Sequence record: NC_028999.1
Length of the DNA: 64,000 bases
Strand: one strand, 5' to 3'
In this document: positions 31,549 through 39,570 of the stretch, one piece after another
How positions within the stretch are numbered: position 1 is the stretch's first letter
Layout: each line of letters starts with the position of its first letter
Notes under the pieces: model-generated
Seen by the model: only the letters and a program-made list of their open reading frames with translations
Databases searched by the model: none
Told to the model about the DNA's origin: nothing
Program-made: the position numbers and the translations under genes

Positions 31549-31948
31549 TATTCAGACGGTCCCTATTGGGACCAAGATCTCCTTTGAACTTTACCCGTCG
31601 TCCCAATATGGTAACAACTTCCAGAACGTAACGCTAGCAGCTACGATGGATTCTCGCCTGGCCCAAAAGCTGGGCTTTGATCCTATAGCAGCACATCAAA
31701 ACGTATGGCCCTCACTACCATCTGGTGTACCGAACGACGCCACTCAGTACAATTACTTCCAAGTCGACTTCGATAATGGTAGTAGTCAAATCCTGGGTAT
31801 TCCATGGATTCGTGCTGACTCGTTGACTATTCACAACGGTAAAACGTTGACACTGGTCTTCGAGGATATTGACGAAACGCGTAAAGACCGCATCATCAAA
31901 GCGGTTAAAGCGCAGAACGAGAACCCGTCATCGGTAACGTTCGTGTGA
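31538..31948 (+). CDS. Conserved core protein upstream of the DNA polymerase (phiKZ gp49-like, beta-rich)
   Basis: 136 aa; FELYPSSQYGNNF...ILGIPWI; synteny. Confidence 0.65.
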   Translation: MAIDIQTVPIGTKISFELYPSSQYGNNFQNVTLAATMDSRLAQKLGFDPIAAHQNVWPSLPSGVPNDATQYNYFQVDFDNGSSQILGIPWIRADSLTIHNGKTLTLVFEDIDETRKDRIIKAVKAQNENPSSVTFV

Positions 31949-31949
31949 A

Positions 31950-31979
31950 ATATAGCCCCTCCTTCGGGAGGGGCTATAT
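31950..31979. terminator. Perfect 13-bp UUCG hairpin
   Basis: ATATAGCCCCTCC-TTCG-GGAGGGGCTATAT. Confidence 0.8.
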
Positions 31980-32129
31980 GTCGTTAAAGTTTTACCTGCG
32001 TGCTTCTCCCTATGTGAATGTAATTTGATGTGTAACCAATTGAGCCTTTGGACACCTTAGGGTGTCCTTATTTTTCCAGTCGCTCAGAACACATTACATT
32101 CTAAGAATTAGAAATTCATTGAGGGGCAA

Positions 32130-34283
32130 GTGATGGGCACGCAATTCCAACCGAATCCTTTTATTCGTCCGGTCGACGAGTATTGTCGTGATCTGGAGAT
32201 CATCGATGCGTATCTAAACGACCAAGCATTGTATCTGTCTGCCATGACAGGGGATCCGGTAGAACAATGCCTTGAGTTTGTAAAGGCTCAATCTCGTCCT
32301 GAGGGAGCAATGGCACTTCAGAATCCGAAGGCCTTGATCCTAGATAAGAATCCCGCAGGTGACCGTGAACTGAAAGAAACTACGTTCATGGGTTTCCTGA
32401 ATCGAGTGAAGAAGCAAGAACTCTTGTTATCGCCGAGCATGACTGTGTACATGCCGGAATCGCAACGTCAGTCTACACACTCGCAATACATTGCCGAAGG
32501 CGTGGCTAACCGCAAACGCGTAAAGAAAGAACAAATGCGTTTGGAAGGTGAAGGTACCACTGAAGCACTCGAATTAGCCCAGGTTCGTAAAGGCGAACAA
32601 GAGAACTTCAAAATTAACAATAACTCTTACAGTGGGGCAACTGTAAGTGCGGCAACTATTCTGTACTACAAGTCGACTCACTCGTCTCTGACGTCCACTT
32701 GCCGTACCGCAACCTCGTATGCGAACGCCAACAACGAGAAGTTCATCATGGGGAACCGGCACTACTACACGCCGGAGATCACCAAAGCCAACCTGCTGTC
32801 GATTGCCAACATCACCGACCTTAAGAAGCTGCAAGAGTGCATGGATCACTTCCAGATGCATTATCCGACCGCTGACGAAGTCGTTGAGATGGTACTGCGT
32901 TCGACTGCACACTACTGGCAGAACCAAGATTACACTGCCCAGATCCACACCATGGTTAGTGGCTTCACTCCACTGCAACGAGCTGCTGTTGTTTATGTCG
33001 GTGATCTGTACCACACCTACAAACACAACAAAGATCTGATCCGAAACTTCCTGATGGAACTGTCTCAAATCGGACGGCCTGATCAAGTTATTTCCAAGGA
33101 AGAATACAATACTTACGATGGCGACATGGATCTGCTGGCTAACTTCATTTGCTATGATCTGGTTAAAGGTCGTAACAAAGAGAAACTGGCAGCCGAGAAC
33201 CCGGAAGTGTTTGACACCATCTACGCTACTGGTAAGAATATTTCGGAAGTCTTGCACAAGTACAAGTTGATCATTGAAGCATTGCTTTTGACCAATAACG
33301 TTCCATCTAGTATTCATGCCTTCCCGACTATTTATCGTCGCGCAGCAGTGATTTCTGACACTGACTCAACCATGTTCACCATGCAGTATTGGGTGGAAGA
33401 GTTCTTTGGTCGTGTCTGCTTTACTTCGGAAGCTAAACGTCTGGTGTTCGCACTGGTGTTCTTGGTATCTGAAGTAGTGATGCACATCCTGGCGATTCAA
33501 TCGGCCAATATGGGTGTATCCAAAGAGAAGCTTCGTCTGCTGGCGATGAAGAACGAATACTACTTTGCTGTACTGTCATTGACCACACGTTCCAAACACT
33601 ATTACGCATCCCAGGATGCGCAGGAGGGCGTAATGTTCGCTAAAGCGCGAATGGAAGTGAAGGGTGTCGGTCTTCGTGACTCTAAGGTACCCCCGAAGAT
33701 CAACAAGGCTGCGAAGAAGATGATGGAGAACATCATCAAATCGGTTAAGGAAGAGATCCCATTGGATCTCCCAGCAATGTTGAAAGAAGTGGCTGATTTC
33801 GAACGTGACATCATCAACTCGATCTTCTCGGGTAAATCTGAATACCTGACCACCGGTAAGTGTAAGAAGCTTAACGCGTATAAGTCAGAAGACAACGCTA
33901 CGTACGCTAAACACCGATTCTGGGCTGAGGTATTTGGTCCGTCTTATGGTGGCACTGAAGAACCACCTTACTCGTTCGTTAAGGTATCGGTTACCGTCGA
34001 TAACCGTACTCGCTTCAACGAATGGGTAGAGTCCATCGAAGATAAAGGTCTGGCGATGCGCCTGAAGAAATGGGCTATGGAAAACGATAAGTCCGGCATC
34101 ACCACGTTCCACGTACCAATGACCGTTGTAGAGAACCATGGTATCCCGAGTGAGATTACTCGTGTGGCGGATGTACGTACTGTAATCTCCAACACCATGG
34201 GTGTGTTCTACCTGATACTCGAATCGCTGGGGATCTTCCTCATCGACAAAGATAACTCCCGTCTGATCTCTGACTTTTATTAA
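32130..34283 (+). CDS. Divergent family-B DNA polymerase, polymerase-domain subunit (phiKZ gp50-like)
   Basis: 717 aa; KINNNSYSG (motif B-like), AVISDTDSTMF (motif C), KHYYA, MEVKGVGLR; no obvious Exo motifs, consistent with a split polymerase. Confidence 0.88.
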   Translation: MMGTQFQPNPFIRPVDEYCRDLEIIDAYLNDQALYLSAMTGDPVEQCLEFVKAQSRPEGAMALQNPKALILDKNPAGDRELKETTFMGFLNRVKKQELLLSPSMTVYMPESQRQSTHSQYIAEGVANRKRVKKEQMRLEGEGTTEALELAQVRKGEQENFKINNNSYSGATVSAATILYYKSTHSSLTSTCRTATSYANANNEKFIMGNRHYYTPEITKANLLSIANITDLKKLQECMDHFQMHYPTADEVVEMVLRSTAHYWQNQDYTAQIHTMVSGFTPLQRAAVVYVGDLYHTYKHNKDLIRNFLMELSQIGRPDQVISKEEYNTYDGDMDLLANFICYDLVKGRNKEKLAAENPEVFDTIYATGKNISEVLHKYKLIIEALLLTNNVPSSIHAFPTIYRRAAVISDTDSTMFTMQYWVEEFFGRVCFTSEAKRLVFALVFLVSEVVMHILAIQSANMGVSKEKLRLLAMKNEYYFAVLSLTTRSKHYYASQDAQEGVMFAKARMEVKGVGLRDSKVPPKINKAAKKMMENIIKSVKEEIPLDLPAMLKEVADFERDIINSIFSGKSEYLTTGKCKKLNAYKSEDNATYAKHRFWAEVFGPSYGGTEEPPYSFVKVSVTVDNRTRFNEWVESIEDKGLAMRLKKWAMENDKSGITTFHVPMTVVENHGIPSEITRVADVRTVISNTMGVFYLILESLGIFLIDKDNSRLISDFY

Positions 34284-34296
34284 TAGGTACCCTGAA

Positions 34297-34644
34297 GTGA
34301 AAGGTCAAGAATACATTGCCAAAAAGGGTGATGCCGTTAAGGTTATTTTCCATTCGGGTATAGGTTCTATTAATGCAGGACGCATTAAGTTAGACAAAGA
34401 ATACGATGCTACGATTTCTTACTTCTCGGATAAAGCTACGCACATGATGTTTAGCTTTACTAGGGAGGACGGTGAGAAAGGTGAGTTGATGCGCCACGTT
34501 ACTGGTAGCGATACTACATGGACGCTCATTCTGACAGAAGACGAGGCACGGCGCCGTAAACAAAAGGTCATTCAACGTCGTACTAAACAGGCCGAAGATC
34601 AATGCAAACGCAAGATCATTGAAGCCAACATGTTGTTCGATTAA
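34297..34644 (+). CDS. Hypothetical protein
   Basis: 115 aa, GTG start, followed by a hairpin at 34651-34666. Confidence 0.65.
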   Translation: MKGQEYIAKKGDAVKVIFHSGIGSINAGRIKLDKEYDATISYFSDKATHMMFSFTREDGEKGELMRHVTGSDTTWTLILTEDEARRRKQKVIQRRTKQAEDQCKRKIIEANMLFD

Positions 34645-34680
34645 CATAAGGGGAGCTTCGGCTCCCACTTATGCCATTAG

Positions 34681-35814
34681 GTGAATACAATGATTGAACA
34701 AAGAAGCGCTTACGAAGAAGCTGTATTACACGGCTTCAAAGGTTCTCAGGATGATTGGTTCCGTAGCTTAGAGGGACGTAAGCATCCGTACGACACGCTG
34801 GATACAGTGGTCAATGCTTCGCAGGCACACTTCGATTACATCGCTAGTAAAATAGCACCAGGGATGAGTAGCCTGTTTATCGAACAGAAGTTCGACCTCG
34901 CCCTAGATGAAAAGAACTACCTCGACAAAGTCGTTGAACTCTACAACGACGAATGCTCGGATCTGGATAACGCCGACCGTGCTCGTCTTTTCAACATGGT
35001 CAAGGCAGCTCGTTACCTGATCAAAGGCATTATCTACGGACGTCCCTACTCCCAACCCCGTTTACTAGAAGCTTGGGCACAATGTCCGAAGAGTCGTTTT
35101 GACTATTTCAAGGATAAAGTACCCAGGTACGATACCGAATGTACACAGGTACACCCTGATATCGATCTCACATGGCGTCTTAACAAAGGAAAAGACATGC
35201 AAGCTTCTCAGAACACTCTTCGTGGCCAAACCTCAAGCATCACCCACATGGACGACGCTATGTTTATGTCTACCCACAAGATACCTGAACTCCTGACCCC
35301 GGTCGAAGAGATTTCCACCGCTGACGTACCCCCGGCAAATCAGTCTATTCCTCAGGGTAACCGTAAGGAACGTCGTATCGCTGGTAAGAAACAAAAGAAC
35401 AAACGCAAGAAACACATCGCCAACTGTAAGTCTGGTTTCCACAAAGCAGTAATGGGTTCTATGGTCCTCAGTCGCCTTGGTCGTGTCCAACAAGATACCC
35501 AAGACAACCTGAAGAAAGCCCTGCTCAAAGACCATGCCATGGCTGATGTCGTGGAAGCGGCCACCGGTGAGAAGCTCCCAGCTTATCAACGTAATCTGTT
35601 GAACCAAATGCAAGAGCGTGCTCAGCATGGTAAATCGATCGTCGAAGAACACGAAAGACTGGTCAGCGAAGAGGATGCCGAAATGTTCGTCAATAAGGGA
35701 GTCCCTGAGGAAGTCCTCGATGGGCAGTTTAATCTGGTACCAGCTGGAGATAGCAGCGCAGAAGAGTCTGACGAAGGACTGGAAGTAGACGACGGCGTAG
35801 CCGATCGCGATTAA
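34681..35814 (+). CDS. Mosaic hypothetical protein
   Basis: 377 aa; N-terminal SAYEEAVLHGFKGSQDDWFRSLEG motif, basic stretch NRKERRIAGKKQKNKRKK, acidic tail. Confidence 0.7.
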   Translation: MNTMIEQRSAYEEAVLHGFKGSQDDWFRSLEGRKHPYDTLDTVVNASQAHFDYIASKIAPGMSSLFIEQKFDLALDEKNYLDKVVELYNDECSDLDNADRARLFNMVKAARYLIKGIIYGRPYSQPRLLEAWAQCPKSRFDYFKDKVPRYDTECTQVHPDIDLTWRLNKGKDMQASQNTLRGQTSSITHMDDAMFMSTHKIPELLTPVEEISTADVPPANQSIPQGNRKERRIAGKKQKNKRKKHIANCKSGFHKAVMGSMVLSRLGRVQQDTQDNLKKALLKDHAMADVVEAATGEKLPAYQRNLLNQMQERAQHGKSIVEEHERLVSEEDAEMFVNKGVPEEVLDGQFNLVPAGDSSAEESDEGLEVDDGVADRD

Positions 35815-35864
35815 CATAACGCTCCTGCTTCGGCAGGAGCTTATGCCAATTTAAGGAAAATACA

Positions 35865-36335
35865 ATGGCCAAAGTAATCATGCCGTCTCAGTTGAAGAAA
35901 TTCAACTCGTTCAACATCATGTACATGCTCCGCTCGGTATTCTGCCTGTACAACATCCAACAGAGCGAGATGTACGCTCTGAACGATACCGCCATGTTGT
36001 TGAATGGCAAACTGGTGGAAATCCCCGAGATCGAGATTGGCGTCCCTGCACCGATCTTTGATCGCGTCCACAAAGCCTTCCCTCAGCTGTTCGATCCCAA
36101 GAAAAAGGTATTGCGTCTTCGTGAACGGTTGATTGCCCGTCGACTGGAAGTGATCAAGAAGAGTGAGTACCAATATCAAGGCCCTTACTACATTCGTAAG
36201 TTGGAAGTATTGATCCGTGATGCTGAGGATGCTCTGCGTTGCCCCTCACTGTCTCAAGCCAAGCAGAAGCGTGTAACTACTAACTTGTTGATCATGAAGG
36301 ATAAAACTATCCAACATCGGGTCTACAACCGCTAA
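35865..36335 (+). CDS. Hypothetical basic protein
   Basis: 156 aa, RBS AAGGA. Confidence 0.7.
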   Translation: MAKVIMPSQLKKFNSFNIMYMLRSVFCLYNIQQSEMYALNDTAMLLNGKLVEIPEIEIGVPAPIFDRVHKAFPQLFDPKKKVLRLRERLIARRLEVIKKSEYQYQGPYYIRKLEVLIRDAEDALRCPSLSQAKQKRVTTNLLIMKDKTIQHRVYNR

Positions 36336-36385
36336 CGACATAAACCCCTCTCCTTCGGGAGAGGGGCGTTATGCATTTATTTTTT
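36333..36385. repeat. 53-nt exact direct repeat, copy 1 (bidirectional terminator cassette)
   Basis: TAACGACATAAACCCCTCTCCTTCGGGAGAGGGGCGTTATGCATTTATTTTTT, identical to 61380-61432. Confidence 0.9.
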
Positions 36386-37459
36386 CAGATCAGCGATTGT
36401 CTCAGCAATCTGTTTGTTGAATTGTTTCACGAATTCAGAACTACCCATGTTGCGGTAGACTTGGTCGTTAGAGCTATCGATCAGATCAATCATAACTTCA
36501 TTCAACTGCGAACGATCATAGCCATGGTTCTGTTGCATCATGCGAATCAGGTAACGAATGTAGGGTAAGCGGGCCATGGTAATAGCCCATTCGTTCTGAT
36601 ACGTCACTGGTTCACGTGGTAGCTTGATGACATCAAACAGATCGTTCTTAACGATCATCGGGGTAATAGCAGCCAACCCTTCGAGTTCAATCCCTTTCAG
36701 AATAGCTTCTTTGTTAATGTATTCAGCAAGCGTATCCAGACGGGGAGACATGTCGGTTAAGTAGAAGGGATGCGATACCGGGAACTTCGGGTTATCGATA
36801 TGCTGGGAAGCGCGATCCAGTCTATTAAAGAAGGCGATATCCAGATAACTCTCGATCATGTTGGGTAGTACAATACTCCCTACAAACCTGTAAGCGTTCT
36901 CTTTTTGATCTACGCCGTTTTGTATTTGCCATCTGAGCCAATAACGATACTGCACCAACAGCATGGGAATATTAACTGAGATCACGCCGTAGGCTCGCCC
37001 TTGGGTGGTGTTGTTCATGATCGGGAGGTTAACGTCTGTCCGTGTGTGGTACAGATACTTAACTGGCTGGAGATCCCGCCATGTTTTCCCCAGTCCTTTG
37101 GTCTCGAATCGTTCTAGGCTCGCCATTGCGACTTCTTCAGACTTGGGTCCTAGGGTGATTCCCCCTTCGTGGATTTTCCCTTTGTGAATGGAAGATGTCA
37201 TACCAAAGACACGGTACACGCCCTTAGCGTAATCTTCAACTTTCTTTGCCCAAGCGGCGTCATCAATCTTCCAATCGATCACAAACTGCTGACACAGTAA
37301 AGCAAACATATTGGAAGAGTCCACGTATTTCGGAGCTTTCCGATAATACGTTTGCACATCTTTAATAAGAGTTTTGTAGGTCCGACGAATATAGACAATT
37401 CGAGGATCCAAAGCTTGGCCTAAGCGACGCGTGGGTGCGTCTCTGAAGAGCATGTACAT
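36377..37459 (-). CDS. Conserved virion protein (phiKZ gp52-like)
   Basis: Single minus-strand ORF; ATG 37459 (MYMLFRDAP) preferred over TTG 37477. Confidence 0.65.
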   Translation of the reverse strand: MYMLFRDAPTRRLGQALDPRIVYIRRTYKTLIKDVQTYYRKAPKYVDSSNMFALLCQQFVIDWKIDDAAWAKKVEDYAKGVYRVFGMTSSIHKGKIHEGGITLGPKSEEVAMASLERFETKGLGKTWRDLQPVKYLYHTRTDVNLPIMNNTTQGRAYGVISVNIPMLLVQYRYWLRWQIQNGVDQKENAYRFVGSIVLPNMIESYLDIAFFNRLDRASQHIDNPKFPVSHPFYLTDMSPRLDTLAEYINKEAILKGIELEGLAAITPMIVKNDLFDVIKLPREPVTYQNEWAITMARLPYIRYLIRMMQQNHGYDRSQLNEVMIDLIDSSNDQVYRNMGSSEFVKQFNKQIAETIADLKK

Positions 37460-37469
37460 GTTAGTCGCC

Positions 37470-37499
37470 CATTGCAAAAGATTTCAAATCTATATCATG
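37470..37499 (+). promoter_or_regulatory. Promoter repeat copy 2 (CATTGCAAAAGATTTCAAATCTATATCATG)
   Basis: 29/30 identical to 27492-27521. Confidence 0.7.
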
Positions 37500-37540
37500 G
37501 TTTTGATAAGTCACCCCTTACATCTAAATAGGAAACTATA

Positions 37541-39274
37541 ATGCATTCCAATTATACCCCCACCCGTAAAAGCGTTACAGGTATTACCATCGGTAATATG
37601 CAAAACATCGCCTTACTCCATATGCCGAACATGTATAACCAGGTTTCTGAGCTGTTCCTTTATAGTACCTATTTCCATGGGATGGACCTCACCCGCTGTA
37701 ACCGCGATGCAGTCGAGTGGTTCATGACTCACCTCGCTGATGCTGTCCAACACGATTTCGATAATCTTGATGGCGAACAACTGGACGATCGAATCAAGGC
37801 ACGCATCGCCGGTTTGCAGGACGTAATCCAGCAAGCCTTAACTGGTGAAGGCGTGCTGTGTGAACAGCCAGGCGCCATCAAAGTGGAAGTTAATGGTATT
37901 CATCGCTTTATCCAGATGAACCATGATTTCAACCGGGTGAAGATGGCTGTACAAAAACTGATTACAGGTGCCATTGGCGTAATCCGCCCAGGCGTCACCA
38001 CCCATCAAGTCCGTGATCTCGAAAAGGTCCTTAGCAAAGAGTGGACTGTAATGACCAACAGTGCCCGTAAGGAGGCTTTGGTTAATTACATTGCTTTGCT
38101 GGCGAATTGCCATAACAACTCGCAGACTAACCAACTTCTACCGGAAGCTAAAGTCCCCCAACGTATTTTCCTCAACCCCCGTAACAGGAGTACTATCATG
38201 CAACACGATGATGAAAACATTCGTTCTGGTACTAGCGATAGCTTCGAAGATACCAACAACGAAAGAACAGGCCTTCCCCGTCTTAACGAGCGTCTACGGA
38301 GCAATCGAGCCACCAAAGTCGATATCACGGATGCTCCGGATCTGACTGATGCTCGTTACAGCGACAACGGTGATATTCATCTGAAGAAGATCTTCCTGAA
38401 CATCTCCGCTACCGCTATTGCTAAGGCAGGCCTACTCATCGAGAATTTCACTGACGACAACTTCGATCGCATCGTTAATCACGCTGCCTCCTTGTTTGGT
38501 CCTTGTTTGGATACCAACAGCGAAGAACTCATTAACAATCAGCTGTCTATCCTGGCCACCTTCGTCAGAGACGTTTACGATGAGCAGACTAAAAGCACTG
38601 GAGAACCCCGTGAGCTGTCTCTGATCGAGCGCAAATTCAGTGGGAACATTCCGCTGGATATCGACAAAGGTTACCTGTCCATCCAACGTAATGACACTGA
38701 AAGCTCCGATCAAATCGGTTTCGTCTACAATGACGAAAACCGTGAGTTCACGAAGGCATCTTCGGAAGAAGAACAGCGCATGCGTGACGAGATCGTAGCT
38801 ATTTGTTCTGGTCCGAGTATCGACGCTTTGCACCACAAAGCTGCTCTGGATTACCAGCGTGCTATTCAAGAAGCCAATGACGTCCGTGCGGAGGGTTCTA
38901 ATACCTCGCATATGAAGTACAAGCAGTTGATGCAGAAAGCTCGTGCACATTACCTGCAAACGGTTGAGATGATCGACAAAGGCGTCATGGTGGAGAACGA
39001 TGGTCTACTGGCCACCAACGTCATTAATGCCCGTACTCGCCTGGCAGCTTATCGCTGCAATGGTAATGAACTGGTTAAACTGCATCGTGAGGTGGTGGAA
39101 CGTCGAGATGCGCTTCAAGCGGCTGAAGAATGCCGACTGACCCAGGAACGTGGAGAGCTGATCCGCGACATCATGGAAAAGGTCATCAGCCGAATCATGG
39201 ATGCACAGCGCCAGGGCGAACTCACCGAAATTGTTCGCAACCTGATCGATGAGTTGAACGTCCACGCGAAATAA
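37541..39274 (+). CDS. Large hypothetical protein with coiled-coil C-terminus, upstream of chimallin
   Basis: 577 aa, RBS AGGA. Confidence 0.75.
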   Translation: MHSNYTPTRKSVTGITIGNMQNIALLHMPNMYNQVSELFLYSTYFHGMDLTRCNRDAVEWFMTHLADAVQHDFDNLDGEQLDDRIKARIAGLQDVIQQALTGEGVLCEQPGAIKVEVNGIHRFIQMNHDFNRVKMAVQKLITGAIGVIRPGVTTHQVRDLEKVLSKEWTVMTNSARKEALVNYIALLANCHNNSQTNQLLPEAKVPQRIFLNPRNRSTIMQHDDENIRSGTSDSFEDTNNERTGLPRLNERLRSNRATKVDITDAPDLTDARYSDNGDIHLKKIFLNISATAIAKAGLLIENFTDDNFDRIVNHAASLFGPCLDTNSEELINNQLSILATFVRDVYDEQTKSTGEPRELSLIERKFSGNIPLDIDKGYLSIQRNDTESSDQIGFVYNDENREFTKASSEEEQRMRDEIVAICSGPSIDALHHKAALDYQRAIQEANDVRAEGSNTSHMKYKQLMQKARAHYLQTVEMIDKGVMVENDGLLATNVINARTRLAAYRCNGNELVKLHREVVERRDALQAAEECRLTQERGELIRDIMEKVISRIMDAQRQGELTEIVRNLIDELNVHAK

Positions 39275-39279
39275 GAAAA

Positions 39280-39470
39280 GATACTGGGGTTTATCATTTA
39301 ATACAGGAGTTGGCCGTAAGGTACGATCCTGCACTAAAAGCTATGCCCCAGTGTCCACTGTTTGCAAATCGTTTTCAACTTAAGGAAGCGATTATGTAAT
39401 ACAGTATGTGGAAGTTCTGCTACCACAATGACCTAGCTTTTATAGCGGGTTTCGTGGTTTATAGCCCATT
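39280..39470. ncRNA. Candidate structured RNA upstream of the chimallin promoter
   Basis: GATACTGGGG(39280-89)/CCCCAGTGTC(39346-55) encloses CAGGA/TCCTG and CC-GTAA-GG; AATCGTTTTC(39367-76)/GGAAGCGATT(39384-93). Confidence 0.45.
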
Positions 39471-39487
39471 GAAAAAAATCTCACATC

Positions 39488-39495
39488 TATATCAC
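39488..39495 (+). promoter_or_regulatory. Early-type promoter TATATCAC of chimallin
   Basis: GAAAAAAATCTCACATCTATATCAC about 75 nt upstream of the ATG. Confidence 0.65.
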
Positions 39496-39570
39496 AGGTG
39501 TGCACTCGTTCCCGAAAGGTTCTGAGTCTACTTGATCAAGTATTGAAATACCATCGTAAAGGAAAAAGAC

